A stretch of DNA of 60,277 nt, filler included. It is 9 parts of 9 records of this genome, joined end to end, with 100 filler letters (N's around TTAATTAATTAA, not from the genome) between each part and the next. Parts side by side here need not be neighbours in the genome. Positions count along the whole stretch, not along the records: positions 35,620 to 42,059 come from SRR31156797_20575; positions 42,160 to 48,722 come from SRR31156797_20585; positions 48,823 to 54,023 come from SRR31156797_20594; 6 more parts are not named here. The stretch is one strand, 5' to 3'. Positions 41,456-51,175 of this stretch are shown piece after piece. The notes beneath the pieces are model-generated. The model had not been told where the DNA came from. It did no database searches and saw nothing but the letters and a program-made list of their open reading frames with translations. Within the stretch, counting starts at the first letter, position 1, and each line of letters begins with the position of its first letter. A program made the position numbers and the translations under genes.

Positions 41456-42059
41456 CTACCCCTTCACTGGAAAAAAGATATTACACTCTAATCCACGATT
41501 GTTTTTAAACTCTATCTGTCCATCTAGTTGGTCTTCAACAATAGAGTTTATAAGTTGCATCCCTATTGAGTTACTTTTACTTAAGTTGTCAATATCTATC
41601 TCTTCATCACCGTTATCTCTGATTTTAATATGTATATTGTTTAGATCTTTTTGGATATAAATACACAAGAGGTTATCTCGATACTCTTTAAAAGCATATT
41701 TTAGTGAATTTACACACAGCTCATGAAGTATCATCCCTACTTGTATACATCTATCTGTTGAGAAGACAAGTTTTTGTATATGCATATCTACTTCTAAATA
41801 AGTTTTATTAGAGATATATAACTCTTTTATATCCTCTACAAGTTTTTTTATATACTCTTCTACATTTATCGAAGCAATGTTTTCTCCTAGATATAAAAAC
41901 TCATGAACTAAAGCCATAGTATTGATCCTACTTCTACTTTGTTTTAAAATATTTTTTAAATTTTCATCTTCAATTCTTCTATATTGCATAGCTAAAAGTG
42001 ATGATATGATCTCCATATTGTTTTTTACTCTATGGTGAATCTCTTTTAAAAGGATCTCT
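41456..42059 (-). CDS. HisKA_2-type sensor kinase, 5'-partial
   Basis: The frame extends to the contig edge as ILLKEIHHRVKNNMEII; also HELCVNSLKYAF, DNG and SIGMQL. Confidence 0.88.
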
Positions 42060-42159
42060 NNNNNNNNNNNNNNNNNNNNNNNNNNNNNNNNNNNNNNNNN
42101 NNNTTAATTAATTAANNNNNNNNNNNNNNNNNNNNNNNNNNNNNNNNNNNNNNNNNNNN
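42060..42159. other. Artificial contig-joining spacer
   Basis: N44-TTAATTAATTAA-N44. Confidence 0.97.
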
Positions 42160-42596
42160 AACTTCCTTTTTGTCAAGAAAAGTATGAAAAATTATCAGGG
42201 ACCGGGAATTAACCTTTTTCTGATATGAAGAGCCATAAGAAGATAATCTCCCAACTTTTATTTTTCCTGATTCGTTCCGTTATTACAGATATATTGAATT
42301 TAACGATAGGTGTGAAACTTACAGCCCGTGCAGCCTTTATAATTCTATATAGCTCCATTGTTCCGATCGGAATGGCTGTTGCTCTGAAAAGTTGATCCAT
42401 GGGCTGGGCAACGTTTTTGACGTTGATACCAGCAGGCGGGAAAAGCTGTTGAGCCTGGGAATGAAAATCGCCTCATTCCTGGGGGCGTTTGGCAGGCGCC
42501 TGGAGCCATGGATTCTTTCTGTCAAGGCCATGGCCGGGGAATCGCGGAATTAAAATGGCAGAAAACCCGGGGAACCGGTTGAGCTGATGAACGCAT

Positions 42597-42632
42597 GGAA
42601 ACGGGGTGATCGGGAGTAATCACCCTGTTTCC
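42597..42632 (-). terminator. Hairpin downstream of cooC
   Basis: GGAAACGGGGTGAT-N8-ATCACCCTGTTTCC. Confidence 0.55.
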
Positions 42633-42647
42633 GGTTTCGGAGGTGTT

Positions 42648-43403
42648 TTAAGAAACTAGGGCATTGCGGATCTCTTCGACCCCGTCCATATCGGGGTCGA
42701 GGGGCGTTCCCTTCAGGGTATTTAAAAACAATGACTTGTTTTCAGGCAGGCGGCCGATGACCGGCAGGCCCTCAAGGGCTTCGGTGAGATCGGCTTCAAC
42801 CGCCGGCGTTATTTTATTAAGAACAAAGGAGACCGGCAGATTCATCTCTTTGGCAAATGAAGAGACCTTTTTCGCCATGGCGATGGATTCAAAGGACGGG
42901 TCGACCACGCACAAAATATGATCGCACTGATCATCCAGCCGTCTGCCGAAATGTTCCACCCCGGCAGTGGTATCCACAATCACGCAATCATTTTCTTCAA
43001 GGGTCAGGGAAGAAAAAAGCATGCGGAACAACTTCCCCATGGGACAGGCGCAGCCTTCACCGAAATGATGGATTTTTCCCACGGACAGGAGGTGGATGGA
43101 AGATACCTTTGCCACGCATTCAGCAGGCAATTGATCAATTCTCAATGCCTTGGGAAATAGGCCGGAGGAACCGTCCAGACCGATTCCGGCGGCTCTTGTT
43201 TTCTCCGCAAACCCTTTTTTGCCGCCCAGGCTGTCCATCAGGGGCTGGGGCATGGAGAGGCCCAGCATCCGGTACAACCCGATGTTGGATTCATCCACAT
43301 CCGCCAGGAGAACCCTTTTTCCGGCTTTATCCATGTTCAGGGCCAATAATGCCGCCAATGTGCTTTTGCCGCTTCCGCCTTTGCCGCAAACCATTATTTT
43401 CAT
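42648..43403 (-). CDS. cooC: CooC-family (MinD-like) nickel-insertion ATPase
   Basis: Deviant Walker A GKGGSGKS, metal motif GEGCACP and VDTTAGVEHFGR. Confidence 0.85.
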   Translation of the reverse strand: MKIMVCGKGGSGKSTLAALLALNMDKAGKRVLLADVDESNIGLYRMLGLSMPQPLMDSLGGKKGFAEKTRAAGIGLDGSSGLFPKALRIDQLPAECVAKVSSIHLLSVGKIHHFGEGCACPMGKLFRMLFSSLTLEENDCVIVDTTAGVEHFGRRLDDQCDHILCVVDPSFESIAMAKKVSSFAKEMNLPVSFVLNKITPAVEADLTEALEGLPVIGRLPENKSLFLNTLKGTPLDPDMDGVEEIRNALVS

Positions 43404-43855
43404 GTGCTTATATCCTTTGTTCTTGAGGTTGTAATCCTGTCCGTCTTTCTGTCAGTCCAGAATAATCGCCCCTTTACCGGCCCCGGCCGCGGCGGAGCCG
43501 GTCAGCGCAACGAGCATCCGGATTGTCCAGACAAGGGGCAGGGTCTGCTTCATGGTAACATCCCGTCTTAATACACGTTGAATAGAATTTTATTGCTTAC
43601 CATAGCAGATTCATTTCAAAAAGGAAGAAAAAGTAGAAACGGCAAGGTCTGAAAGAGTGAAGGGAGTGCCTTGATCGTCGTGACTCTCCCATGCTATGAT
43701 GCCGAAAAATGAGATTGCCATATCGCTTTTTTCGCCGGTGACTATTTCCGGCAGTCCCGGCTGGCATGACGCGCCACCAGGTTCCAAGGCCCATGGGCTG
43801 CCGGGACCGGGAGGACTTCTGGACTTTTCATTATCCCGGCATAAGGAGAACCCGT

Positions 43856-44031
43856 ATGAAAAAACAATGAATTTGTTTTATTTGATCCTGGCGACGGATG
43901 GTGATTTCAACGTGGGTGTCTCCTCCACCGCCGATCTGGTCCGGCTCATGGAAGAAAAGCGCGAGCTCGGGATCTATCTGACCATCATCGGATTGGGGAT
44001 GGTCAAGACCTGTGCGTTACTGACAGACTAG
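43856..44031 (+). pseudogene. Remnant of a YfbK-like VWA-domain gene
   Basis: RBS followed by MKKQ*, then an isolated LILATDGDFNVGVSS..DLVRLMEEKRELGIYLTIIGLGM segment. Confidence 0.7.
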
Positions 44032-44049
44032 GAAATATAGGAATTTTAA

Positions 44050-44526
44050 ATGGCAAAAAAAGAAATACCTATGGCGGCCATTGAACGGAACCGGGCTTGG
44101 ATTAAGGCTGTAACCCATTCATTAAGTGAGTGTGGAAATACAGCGCTTGCTCAAACGACCATGAGAGAAGCCGGAAAACACTGTGCCGCTCAGCTGCTGG
44201 AAAAGACGGTCAACCATTTTGGCAGAACGCCTGGTTCGGTGTCTGAGCTGGTTGAAGCAATCAATAAACGCAGGAAAGAGCTTTTGAATGCGTCCGGTTT
44301 ATGGGTGCTGGACGGAAGCCGGGCCTATTTTAAGCTGGAAAAGTGTGGTTGTGATCTGGTAGAAGCTTATTTGGCGGAACCGAACAAGATTTTTTGTCAT
44401 TGCTCGGCAGGAATGTTTGAACACCTGTTCAAGCCATTTTGCCGAGGGGACGTTCGTACGGAGATCGTAAAAGCGATAGGGATGGGAGATGACTGTTGTG
44501 AATTTGTGGTCTATTTCGATGAATAG
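44050..44526 (+). CDS. Small Cys-rich V4R-like metal-binding protein
   Basis: C...KCGC...FCHCSAG...IGMGDDCCEF pattern. Confidence 0.6.
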   Translation: MAKKEIPMAAIERNRAWIKAVTHSLSECGNTALAQTTMREAGKHCAAQLLEKTVNHFGRTPGSVSELVEAINKRRKELLNASGLWVLDGSRAYFKLEKCGCDLVEAYLAEPNKIFCHCSAGMFEHLFKPFCRGDVRTEIVKAIGMGDDCCEFVVYFDE

Positions 44527-44559
44527 AGTGAAACCTTAAAACACCTTAGCGGGGAAATA

Positions 44560-45069
44560 ATGACAGCGGAAATAGAAATTATCGACAAAGAAATCGGCAA
44601 TGTGGTTGAAATTGAAGAACGGGTTCCCATGTGGAAAATGCCTTCAATCATGGGTAAGGACTTCAATTTGATTATGGAATGCCTGAAAGCCGAAGGTGTC
44701 GTTGAAATGGATGCCCCATACGCCAGATACCTTGATGTCGATTGGGAGGCCGAAATGGCAAAAGGGCCGATCGCCATTTTTATTGAGGTGTTTACGAGAA
44801 AATGGCATTTCCGGGCCGGTATGCCTACTCCCAAAAAAATCGAGGGCTCCGGCAATTTGAAATCTGAGTATCTGAAGAATAAACGTTATATCAAGACAAT
44901 TCATCATGGTCCATATCATAAGGTCGGGAGTACCTACAAAAGAATGTATGCCTGGGCAAAAAAGCAAGGATTGTCATTGGGAAAAGAATCAATGGAATGC
45001 TATCTTAACGATCCAAGGGAAACCGACAGGAAATCCCTGGAAACCATGGTGCTGATTCCACTCGGATAA
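44560..45069 (+). CDS. GyrI-like small-molecule-binding protein
   Basis: PYARY, HHGPY and MECYLNDP. Confidence 0.8.
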   Translation: MTAEIEIIDKEIGNVVEIEERVPMWKMPSIMGKDFNLIMECLKAEGVVEMDAPYARYLDVDWEAEMAKGPIAIFIEVFTRKWHFRAGMPTPKKIEGSGNLKSEYLKNKRYIKTIHHGPYHKVGSTYKRMYAWAKKQGLSLGKESMECYLNDPRETDRKSLETMVLIPLG

Positions 45070-45077
45070 GTAAAAAT

Positions 45078-45977
45078 ATGAAGGGTAATATGTCTAAACA
45101 ATACTTGATAAGCTTGTGTACCTGTATTCTGGTCCTGGTATTGACCTTTGGAACCGTCGGTGCGCAGGCAGAATGGCCCCATGTCGTTCCCTCCAAAGAC
45201 GGCACGCCCATTTCCTATGAGATTTATGGAAAAGGGGATCCGACGCTTGTGTTCGTTCATGGCTGGAGCTGTGATGCCCGTTATTGGCGTGCACAGGTAC
45301 CATATTTCTATCAAAAGCAGCGGGTTGTGGTGCTGGACCTTGCCGGCCATGGCCACTCCGGTACCACCCGGTCCCGGTATGCCATGAAGGCTTTTGGCGA
45401 GGATGTTCAGGCCGTGGCGGAAGCAACCGGCAGCCGCCGGATCATTCTGGTCGGGCATTCCATGGGGGGACCGGTCATTGCTGAAGCCGCCAGGCTCATG
45501 CCGGACCGCGTCATAGGGCTTATCGGCGTAGATACCCTTGAAAACATAGAATATCCCATGACCCGTAAGGAACGGGATCTGATGATCGCGCCTTTGAAAA
45601 AAGATTTCCGGGCCGGGTGCCGGCAGTTCGCCCGGGACATGATTTCATCCAACACGGATCCCCAGCTTCGGGACTGGATCCTTTCGGATATGTCCGCTGC
45701 CCCGCCCGCGGTTGCCTTAAGTGCCATGAACGAGATGGTGTCACAATTTATTACGGGTGAAGCGGCCGGAAAATTTGATGATATTCGAATTCCTGTGATG
45801 GCCGTGAATGGGGATCTGTGGCCCATCAACTATGAAGGAAACCGGAGGCATATGTTTTCGTTTGATGCCATTGTTCTGAAGGATGCGGATCACTTCCTGA
45901 TGATGGATCGTGCCGAAGAATTCAACCGTGCGTTGGAGAAAGCGATAAATATGATTTTGCAAAAAAAAGTTAAGTAA
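45078..45977 (+). CDS. Secreted alpha/beta hydrolase
   Basis: Signal peptide, FVHGW, DLAGHG, nucleophile GHSMGG and DHFLMM. Confidence 0.88.
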   Translation: MKGNMSKQYLISLCTCILVLVLTFGTVGAQAEWPHVVPSKDGTPISYEIYGKGDPTLVFVHGWSCDARYWRAQVPYFYQKQRVVVLDLAGHGHSGTTRSRYAMKAFGEDVQAVAEATGSRRIILVGHSMGGPVIAEAARLMPDRVIGLIGVDTLENIEYPMTRKERDLMIAPLKKDFRAGCRQFARDMISSNTDPQLRDWILSDMSAAPPAVALSAMNEMVSQFITGEAAGKFDDIRIPVMAVNGDLWPINYEGNRRHMFSFDAIVLKDADHFLMMDRAEEFNRALEKAINMILQKKVK

Positions 45978-46050
45978 AAGTTTTCGGTGTGCCAAGGCAA
46001 TTTAAAATATACGTAAGGAGTCCCATAACATTGAGTAAAAGATATCAGGT

Positions 46051-46965
46051 GTGCCCATGACATATTCCATCGTAAGTCCCAATCTTTACCTGATCACTCT
46101 CGATCAGAAGCTGGCCGGGTTTCGTGATTTCATCAATGCCTGGCTCTATAAGAGTGAGGCGGTTACCTTTCTGGTGGACCCCGGTCCGAAATATTCCATC
46201 AACCACCTGATCAACACCCTTGAAGAGATCGGGGTTGAACGGGTTGATTACATCCTGCTGACCCATATCCATATTGATCATGCCGGGGGAGCCGGCACCC
46301 TGGCGGCGTATTATCCGGAGGCCAAAATCATCTGCCACCCGAAGGCCATGGGGCATATGATCGCGCCGGAAAAGTTGTGGCAGGGCAGCCTGAAGGTGCT
46401 GGGAGCCATTGCGGAATCCTATGGCGAGATCATATCGGTGCCGGCCGGCGCCATTGAATTCCATGACAATATAGAAACGGAAGCCGGTGATATCAAGGTG
46501 TTTGAAACCCCGGGCCATGCGGTTCACCATCTCAGCTTTCAATTTCAAAACTACCTGTTTGCGGGGGAGGTAGCCGGGGTTACCCATTGCCTGAAGCAGG
46601 GCATCTATGCACGCCCTGCCACGCCGCCCAGGTTTGACCTGGAAATATCCCTGGCCTCCCTGGATCGTATCATGTCCCTTGACGCCTCCATGATCTGTTT
46701 TGGCCATTATGGATTCAGGGAAGATGTAAAGGCAGCCTTGAAAGAGGCCCGTGATCAGCTGTCCCTCTGGGTCGAGGTTGTCAGAAGCCAGTTAGGGAAG
46801 GGGGAGGAGAACCTGGAAGAGCGGGTCATGGCAATCCTGAAAAAAGAGGATGCCGCGTTTGCCAACATCCAATACCTGGCAGATGATGCTCAGCGGCGGG
46901 AGGTCTATTTTGTCGGAAACAGCTTGAAGGGGATGACAGAATATCTCATGGAAGCAGGGAGATGA
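46051..46965 (+). CDS. MBL-fold metallo-hydrolase
   Basis: THIHIDHAGG, TPGH and FGH. Confidence 0.88.
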   Translation: MPMTYSIVSPNLYLITLDQKLAGFRDFINAWLYKSEAVTFLVDPGPKYSINHLINTLEEIGVERVDYILLTHIHIDHAGGAGTLAAYYPEAKIICHPKAMGHMIAPEKLWQGSLKVLGAIAESYGEIISVPAGAIEFHDNIETEAGDIKVFETPGHAVHHLSFQFQNYLFAGEVAGVTHCLKQGIYARPATPPRFDLEISLASLDRIMSLDASMICFGHYGFREDVKAALKEARDQLSLWVEVVRSQLGKGEENLEERVMAILKKEDAAFANIQYLADDAQRREVYFVGNSLKGMTEYLMEAGR

Positions 46966-46973
46966 AATGGAGG

Positions 46974-47016
46974 GAGCCTCATATCCCCGGGGTGAACCGC
47001 CGGGAATATGAGGCTC
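46974..47016. terminator. Hairpin between convergent genes
   Basis: GAGCCTCATATCCCCGG...CCGGGAATATGAGGCTC. Confidence 0.65.
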
Positions 47017-47053
47017 GTGATATTTTCAAAACAGGTTCGGACGCCAATTCAGG

Positions 47054-47539
47054 TCAGCTTTCCGTTGATGGATCATAGAAGACCACGATGCTTTTCTGAT
47101 CCCGCTCGGCTACCTGCCGGGCCGCTTTGGCAGGGATCAGCTCTAATTTGCCGTTCAGGTTGACAATGGCCAAATGCCCATTGGTCAGCTGATTTGAAAT
47201 TTTTTCAGAGACAAACAGCTTCTTGACCTTTTTTCCCATGGCAAAATAGTAGGGTTCATCATCATCACGTTCTTCCAGGGTTATCCGGTTCGTTTCTATG
47301 AGCTGCTTGACCTGGGCTAAATTCTCACGCCTCTTTCTTTCCTCGTTGCGCTGTCGGTTGAGCTCACGGTTACGCTCTTCATAGGCCAACCGTTCTTCCC
47401 GGGAGATACTGTCTTCCTTAGACGGCTTTTCCCCTTTTTTCTGCTTCTTGCTGACGCGCTTCTCATGCTTGGACTTTTTTACCTGTTTCTTGTTCACCAG
47501 CCCGGCCTTGAGAAGCTGGTCCCGGAGCGAGTTCCCCAT
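47054..47539 (-). CDS. DUF2058/YaiL-like protein
   Basis: SLRDQLLKAGLV and AQVKQLIETNR. Confidence 0.8.
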   Translation of the reverse strand: MGNSLRDQLLKAGLVNKKQVKKSKHEKRVSKKQKKGEKPSKEDSISREERLAYEERNRELNRQRNEERKRRENLAQVKQLIETNRITLEERDDDEPYYFAMGKKVKKLFVSEKISNQLTNGHLAIVNLNGKLELIPAKAARQVAERDQKSIVVFYDPSTES

Positions 47540-47727
47540 AATGTTTCCCCATATATACAGTCATGGCAGCACCGTCTGCCACAAAAAAAAATTTAAAGTT
47601 TATGGTTATAAGCTCTTGACTGAAAGTTTCATATAACATTTTATGGTTCAATTGCAAATGAAGTTCGAACATCTTTTGAAAAAGAGCCTGAATACCGGAC
47701 ACGCCGGAACCGGGCAGTCCGAAAAAA

Positions 47728-47898
47728 CAGCTGTTGGAAGTTGTCGGCGTTGGTGATGATTACCTTGATGTTCGGGGACTGGATGCGGTTGATGGGACAC
47801 CCATAATTGATATAAAACCATATTATCCCCATTACGACAGAATCGAAAGGCCCCGGACACCCGAATGGGTGGACAGATTAATGATGGATTACTTTTAA
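47728..47898 (+). pseudogene. trmO: C-terminal remnant of the tRNA m6t6A methyltransferase TrmO/TsaA; not in the ORF track
   Basis: QLLEVVGVGDDYLDVRGLDAVDGTPIIDIKPYYPHYDRIERPRTPEWV...*. There is an in-frame TGA upstream at 47689 and the N-terminal half is absent. Confidence 0.75.
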
Positions 47899-47913
47899 CA
47901 TGGGAGGCATGAA

Positions 47914-48582
47914 ATGAAGGAATTACCTGGCGATCCTTATCTGGAAGAAAGACTTGTCAAGTATGATGAATGGCTGAGCAAAGGGCAGATTTCCTATTCT
48001 TCAAAGGTTATTCCCGTATCGGAATCGTTGGACGCGAAACAATGGGTGCTTCCCACGGAGCAGGTGATGGAGGTGCTTCGTAATGCCAGGTCGGTGGCGG
48101 TTCAGAATTGTGAATGCAGGACCCGTTACAAACGGTGTGACAATCCACTGGAGGTCTGTTTTCTGTTGAATGAAATCGGAGACAGGAAAGCAGGAAAAGG
48201 GGAGGCCCGTCACGTTGATTTGACCGAAGCTGCGGAAATCCTGAAACGGGCGAACGAAAGCGGGCTTATTCATCTCTGCCTGTATAGGCCTGATCATGAG
48301 GTCTTTGCCGTGTGCAGCTGCTGTTCATGTTGTTGTCATGATTTTCAGATCGTCAGGCAATTTGGACGTAACGATCTGATGACCCGTTCGGAATATGTCG
48401 CTGTCACCGTTGCCGGTGATTGTGTCCATTGCGGAGACTGTGTTGACAGGTGCGTTTTTGGCGCCCGGGTCTTGCAGGATGAAAAAATGGAATATGATGC
48501 CGACGCCTGTCTTGGGTGCGGGCTTTGTGTATCTGTGTGTCCTGTTGGGGCGATTTCCATGGAACTCTGTAACGTCGGTTGA
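47914..48582 (+). CDS. 4Fe-4S dicluster protein with an additional N-terminal Cys cluster
   Basis: CECR...C...C, VCSCCSCCC, CVHCGDCVDRC and CLGCGLCVSVCP. Confidence 0.85.
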   Translation: MKELPGDPYLEERLVKYDEWLSKGQISYSSKVIPVSESLDAKQWVLPTEQVMEVLRNARSVAVQNCECRTRYKRCDNPLEVCFLLNEIGDRKAGKGEARHVDLTEAAEILKRANESGLIHLCLYRPDHEVFAVCSCCSCCCHDFQIVRQFGRNDLMTRSEYVAVTVAGDCVHCGDCVDRCVFGARVLQDEKMEYDADACLGCGLCVSVCPVGAISMELCNVG

Positions 48583-48722
48583 CCCGGCTGACCCGGCCGA
48601 CCCAAAAAAACGGGTCAATTTAGTCCAAATTTAGTCCCATGGGGTATACCTTCCCAAAATTATTATTGCAATAATAAGAAAAAGGTAGAATAAACCAATA
48701 GCGTTTTATCGATAGTCCCGCA

Positions 48723-48822
48723 NNNNNNNNNNNNNNNNNNNNNNNNNNNNNNNNNNNNNNNNNNNNTTAATTAATTAANNNNNNNNNNNNNNNNNNNNNN
48801 NNNNNNNNNNNNNNNNNNNNNN
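48723..48822. other. Artificial contig-joining spacer
   Basis: N44-TTAATTAATTAA-N44. Confidence 0.97.
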
Positions 48823-48830
48823 CCCCCAAA

Positions 48831-48983
48831 AAAAAATAAATATCATTTTCACTTTGGCCATAGCCCTTCAGGTCAAAAAAATAATATCAAAAATCAAATG
48901 CCGGCCAGGCTCCGGGAAGCTAAAATAATATCAAAAGTTCTCTCCTGGGCGCAGCTCCGGACACATGATTAATATTATTTTTT
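48831..48983. repeat. 44-bp-periodic AT-rich repeat array
   Basis: ATATCA at 48840, 48884 and 48928 and ATATTA at 48972; A-tracts precede the first three and GC-richer variable spacers lie between units. Confidence 0.7.
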
Positions 48984-49015
48984 TATGATCGTATCAGATA
49001 TATTAATATATTCCC

Positions 49016-49047
49016 CTGGCTGCTGCCGGATCTGCGACCGCAGCCAG
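49016..49047. repeat. GC-rich hairpin with loop CCGGATCTGCGA, copy 1
   Basis: CTGGCTGC...GCAGCCAG stem; similar to 52665-52717. Confidence 0.65.
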
Positions 49048-49258
49048 AATCAAATCAAGAATAAAAAACGTAAAAAAGCCCATTTTTAGGGGTGCCGTAG
49101 TATTCGTCCAGGCTTAAAAAGCTGTTAAACAGGAAATATGAAGGTCGATTTTTAGAAAAATATAAAAAATTGCCTGAAACGCCCTTTTCACGGGCCTTTC
49201 TAAGTAAATTTTGTTAAATTAACGAAAATGGTTCATCGGGAACCAAAATCAGCTTAAG

Positions 49259-49292
49259 AAAAAGGGGTCGGTATCTCACCACCCCTTTTTTT
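49259..49292 (-). terminator. Intrinsic terminator after the relaxase gene
   Basis: AAAAAGGGGTCGGT-ATCTC-ACCACCCCTTTTT. Confidence 0.7.
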
Positions 49293-51166
49293 TATCTGGA
49301 TTTGCTTTTCAGCTTCTTAGAACCGTGCATTTTTCTAAGTTCCGCCATGCTGAATGTTTTGTCTGACTGCTTCGGACGGGCCGCTGTTTTATCATCAGAA
49401 TAAAACCAGGCGGCTTTCTTTTTTGAGTGCTGGAATCCTAGTTTTCTTAATTTGCCTTCAATAGGTTTAGTATCTCCAGACACCCATATCCAGGAACCAA
49501 TTTTTTCAATTTTACAGTTGGAATAGGTCTTCAAGGTGCCCACTTTTTTGAGAACTGTTGCCATATTGGGTTTCTGGAAGGACTGTTTTTCCGTAGGGTC
49601 TTTCCGCCCGTGAAGTCGGTTCTTCATTCGCTTTTCAAACTCTCTCAAATCATTAAGAGCGGCAACTTTTAATGCCGGATCCATACCATTAAGCTCTGTG
49701 ATAAAGATATTTGCAGTCGCCGCCTGTATCACAAGTTCCTTTGAAATAGCTTCAATCTGCCGACGTTTTTTAAGCTGTTCAACGGCTCCGGATGGTTTAG
49801 AATCTCCAACAACAGCGCAACGCTTGGCCACGTCGTTCAGAGGTTTAAGCCGATCCGCTATAGCGTAGGCGTGACCAAAGGCCAAGGGGTGACGGTTCGA
49901 ACGATCAAAAGCCAATTTATCATATTTATATGTGAAAGCCCCTTGCGTCCTAGCTTTATTGATATCTTTCTCGTATTGATTAAGGACAAAAAGAGAATCT
50001 TTTTTGGCCCTACTCGAAAGATCAGACTCTTGAATACTTTCCCTGGCCAGGCGAATATTCAATGTTAAATTATGGTAATGATCCCTAATCAACGCATTTG
50101 TATTTTTCTTTTCAGTTGCTTTATCTTTAGGAAGGTTGACAGCCTGATCAATAAATTTGTTCATCTTCTTAAAATCCCGGCTATATTGCCGGAATGAAGC
50201 GGCTATTTCTTTTTCTATTCCCGGACGATTCTTGACGATGTTACGTTCAATAGTACGTAAAGCGGTTAATAACTCCCGGCGTTTTTCAGATTCCGGTTCT
50301 GTCCTCTCTTTGACCTGCTCCCGCAACCTAACTACTGTTTTCAAGGCATTTTTGCGGTACAAAAAGGCGTTCCGGGTGGGCGCAGCCCGACGCATGGCCC
50401 GTTGAAATTGCCGTTCATTCTTTGTAAGACGGGCCACCCCTCCCCGGACAAGCACAGCTATGTCCGGACGGTCCTTTTTTAGGGTGGCGACATGCCATAA
50501 ACCCATACGTGATAGGCGCTTTGCAAAATTTATCCGCATTTGCAAAAGCTCTTTTGGATTCAACCGTAATTTCGGATGCCCCGGGAATCTGTTTTTGCAC
50601 TTAACGACAAAATGTACATGCAAATTATCAGAATCGTGGTGCATGGCCGCCACATATTCATATCCCTTATCGCCCAGTTCCTGGGCCATGGTCTCCCTGG
50701 CCGCTGTCATAACTTTTTTGGCGTTTTCAGGGGTATTCTCACAATCAGAGGACAAAATTATATGGGCAGCATCACGCTTTTTTCGGGTCAAGCCTCGTTT
50801 AGGGTACTTTTCAAAATCTTTTTCCCACCGGTTATAAATGGCCTCCATCTTAAGATCGCCTTTGAACTCGGCGGATAATTCATCTTCACACACAACATCC
50901 GGCTTTTTGTCATTATCCAGGCGGCCAATATAATCAAGTGTCTTTTTTACCCTGTAGCCTCTACTGTAACCAATAACTTTAACAATGGCCTCGGACTCTC
51001 CTCCGGAGTAAAGACCGGCAACATAATCAGGATTAGCAAAGCGGCCACGATAACCAGATAGAAAACCACGCAGTAAAGCCTCATTGGCCCTTGAATCTTT
51101 CCCCCTGGGTGCCCTCTGGGTGGTGTCCTCTTCATATAGCCTTGGTGGCTTGGATTTTGTCACCAT
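49292..51166 (-). CDS. MOB-P (VirD2/MobP-like) relaxase with an extra C-terminal domain
   Basis: Motif I EAIVKVIG...TLDYIGR, motif II AHIILSS and 3H motif III MHHDSDNLHVHFVV. Confidence 0.9.
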   Translation of the reverse strand: MVTKSKPPRLYEEDTTQRAPRGKDSRANEALLRGFLSGYRGRFANPDYVAGLYSGGESEAIVKVIGYSRGYRVKKTLDYIGRLDNDKKPDVVCEDELSAEFKGDLKMEAIYNRWEKDFEKYPKRGLTRKKRDAAHIILSSDCENTPENAKKVMTAARETMAQELGDKGYEYVAAMHHDSDNLHVHFVVKCKNRFPGHPKLRLNPKELLQMRINFAKRLSRMGLWHVATLKKDRPDIAVLVRGGVARLTKNERQFQRAMRRAAPTRNAFLYRKNALKTVVRLREQVKERTEPESEKRRELLTALRTIERNIVKNRPGIEKEIAASFRQYSRDFKKMNKFIDQAVNLPKDKATEKKNTNALIRDHYHNLTLNIRLARESIQESDLSSRAKKDSLFVLNQYEKDINKARTQGAFTYKYDKLAFDRSNRHPLAFGHAYAIADRLKPLNDVAKRCAVVGDSKPSGAVEQLKKRRQIEAISKELVIQAATANIFITELNGMDPALKVAALNDLREFEKRMKNRLHGRKDPTEKQSFQKPNMATVLKKVGTLKTYSNCKIEKIGSWIWVSGDTKPIEGKLRKLGFQHSKKKAAWFYSDDKTAARPKQSDKTFSMAELRKMHGSKKLKSKSR

Positions 51167-51175
51167 AAATCCCCC

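Noticed and set aside
42648..43403. cooC as evidence of a CO dehydrogenase locus
   Set aside because: No cooS or acs genes are on the contig, and stand-alone CooC paralogues are common in anaerobes.
43404..43553. Signal-peptide-like ORF in frame with cooC across a single TGA (possible selenocysteine readthrough)
   Set aside because: cooC has its own RBS and a normal N-terminus, the TGA is not in a redox-motif context, and I see no SECIS-like hairpin. Being in frame is a one-in-three chance.
43745..43815. Minus-strand ATGCCAGCCGGGACTGCC resembling the 3' end of a c-di-GMP-I riboswitch
   Set aside because: The GGCAAA..GNRA..GACGCAAA 5' part is absent. An Rfam search would settle it.
44050..46965. 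Co-oriented small accessory genes as an integron cassette array
   Set aside because: No attC-like RYYYAAC...GTTRRRY sites are visible and several gaps are too short to hold one.
48831..48983. 44-bp array as a CRISPR array
   Set aside because: The conserved core is only about 13 bp and degenerate, the period is too short, and no cas genes are present.
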